This document shows, piece after piece, positions 62,200-64,000 of a stretch of 64,000 bases of DNA. The notes under the pieces are model-generated. The model made no database searches, was not told where the DNA came from, and saw only the letters and a list, made by a program, of their open reading frames with translations. A program made the position numbers and the translations under genes. The DNA comes from Isurus oxyrinchus. Taxonomy: Eukaryota. The stretch covers positions 164,176,001 to 164,240,000 of the forward strand of contig JANJGN010000009.1 of NCBI GenBank assembly GCA_026770705.1, in the 5' to 3' direction. The number at the start of each line of letters is the position of its first letter. Positions within the stretch are counted from its first letter, which is position 1.

Positions 62200-62712
62200 G
62201 GAGTTGTCAGCAGGGACTCAGTTGCACTCTGACCTTTGATGCCAGTCTTTTGTAGTTACAAGTTCCCCTTAAGAGTTAAAATTCGGGCTGATACCATGAT
62301 CCAGCTCTGAGGTAGTGCTATACTGGTGGTGGTGCTGCTGTGTAGATGAGGTATTAAACTGAGGATCCACATCCCCCTTAGGTAGATGTAAACAATTCCA
62401 GGGTATTATTCACAGAATAGGGAAGTTCTCCTGGCGTCCTTGAAGCCTTTATTCCTCAACCAATACACACAAATAGGGAGCAGGAGCAGGCCATTTGGTC
62501 TTTTGAGCCTGTTAATGTCACTACAAAACAGATCATCTAGTGAATGTTTTACTGATGTTTGTGGGGCTTTGCTGTGTACGAATTAACTTCCACGTTTCTT
62601 GATATTAAAACTGTGGCTTTACTTCAAAAAAGTACTTCATAGGCTCTGAAGCACTTTGGAATATCCCAAGGTTGTGAAAGGTGATGAATCAACACAACTT
62701 GTTTCTTACTTT
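62200..62712 (+). mobile_element. Deu-domain SINE, paralog of 26480-26990
   Basis: Duplicated sequence. Confidence 0.75.
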
Positions 62713-63281
62713 TTGAAACAAACCATTTATTAAAATACATCTGAACCAATTATCTGAGTGCAAACTGCAGGGGGGGGAGGGGGAGGGAGGAGCCAGTCCC
62801 AGCAGCAAGGTGGTCATTATAATTAAATGGTCAGAAAATCACTGGCAGGTTTGAGACATTCATGGTCAGTGGGTGAAGGTTGTCATCTTTACTGCAAGCT
62901 CAGAAAACTGCCCCCAAAGTGCAGAAAGTGACCATTGCCAGTATTAGGATGTGACTGTTTAATGTGTTCACATGAAATTCATGTCAAGAAAGTGTATCTC
63001 TGGATTGCAGTCCACCAACTTGAGCCCTTATCAGGCCCACTAGTAACTCTGTCCCACCAACTCTCAGATATAGGAAAGAAAGTGAAATTACCAGTAAAGA
63101 TAGACCACCAGGTATCAGCAACCTCTCCACTTGTGACCAGAGAGGGGTAAATTACACAGAAATCAATTCTACCAGCCAGGCTTTTCCTCAATTAATGAGG
63201 TTCCATTTGACAATGATGCTCTCTCAGTTGAATACAAGTGAAAATGAGGTGAATCTCAATGTTATTCCCTTGTGTCAACAG

Positions 63282-63399
63282 GACGTGAGTATTGTTGTGA
63301 AGCTTGTACAAGAGTATCACCAACTACATACTTGACAAGTACAGATATAATTTCCACTACCAATCGAGCCACAACTTCAGATCCCGAAAATGCTGAAAG
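63282..63399 (+). CDS. CD300/pIgR-like receptor copy B, exon 4 (stalk); remaining exons lie beyond the window
   Basis: Paralog of 27562-27679 with the same translation. Confidence 0.85.
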
Positions 63400-64000
63400 G
63401 TACAATGTTCTCATGGATTGGCATTGCTTCCATATGTGAGAGATACAATTGGCCAAAGGAGTGAAAGTTGTTCATTAATTGTAAAGTAGCTCATCAGAAT
63501 GGAAATGGTGGCTGGGTTTATATCATGCTGTTGTGTTAGCTTCTTAATGAGGCTGCATTTTTCTGTTGGAAAATACAAGCAAGGAGTGAGCTTTTCCATT
63601 GTGTTGCCGCTCAGATGGTGTTTTTTGCCTTATTCACCTTGATTACTTCACCGCTAAGGTAATCTCACAGTGTGTGAGGAGTTGTACTTGTCAAACTTAC
63701 CTTGCTGCTGTCTACACTGACAGAGTACTTGTATTTGGGCTGATGAAAAGGAAGAATTAGCGTGATATATCTGCACATCCCTTGGTTTCACTAATGAGAG
63801 ACATCTTGCAACTCTGGTCCCATTTCCATATTATTAGCCTAAGCTGTTGACAATAAGTAGCAGAAATTGTAGTCCGATGTAAACACTCAGGAATCAGGTC
63901 TTTGAAGTTACAATGGTGATAAAGAGAAAATGCCAACTAAATGTCAAACAGAAAGAGGGACAGTTGGAAATGGACAGCAGGTATGTCCGCAGCTGTGGAG

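Larger units (their letters stand above)
30845..64000. repeat. Tandem segmental duplication, unit 2 (incomplete; equivalent to about 1-28280 plus insertions in gene intron 2)
   Basis: Colinear near-identity to unit 1; offset changes from 30844 to about 30440 to 35723 across VNTR length changes and TE insertions/deletions. Confidence 0.97.

Noticed and set aside
1-64000. Whole duplication as a haplotype assembly artefact
   Set aside because: V-exon divergence, copy-specific TE insertions with TSDs and a third partial copy favour real paralogs. It is not fully excluded without read depth, given the twin N runs.

Overview
Vertebrate nuclear DNA, repeat-rich and intron-containing; the repeat families (CR1, Penelope-like, Deu-domain SINE, Harbinger Myb/SANT) suggest a cartilaginous fish, which is an inference. 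The window is a tandem segmental duplication with a period of about 30.8 kb (position 1 = 30845; the offset grows to about 35.7 kb after insertions in the second unit). Each unit carries one plus-strand CD300/pIgR/MDIR-like immunoglobulin-superfamily receptor gene: leader, IgV, Ig C2-like, Cys/Thr stalk, transmembrane segment with Asp and Arg, and a short tail. Three copies are touched: the probable last exon of an upstream copy, a complete copy A (16722-32934, 308 aa if the last exon is right) and copy B (47161 onward, cut off by the window end). The paralogs differ strongly in the IgV exon and are nearly identical elsewhere. The most unusual signals are (1) a stack of Tx1-type retrotransposon 3' ends plus a tRNA-headed SINE, all inserted at one 14-15 bp site overlapping the stop codon of a Harbinger Myb/SANT gene, and (2) Penelope-associated minimal hammerhead ribozyme motifs with a non-canonical core (CUGUYGA). 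All calls were made by eye without database searches, and TE boundaries are approximate unless TSDs or TIRs are quoted.
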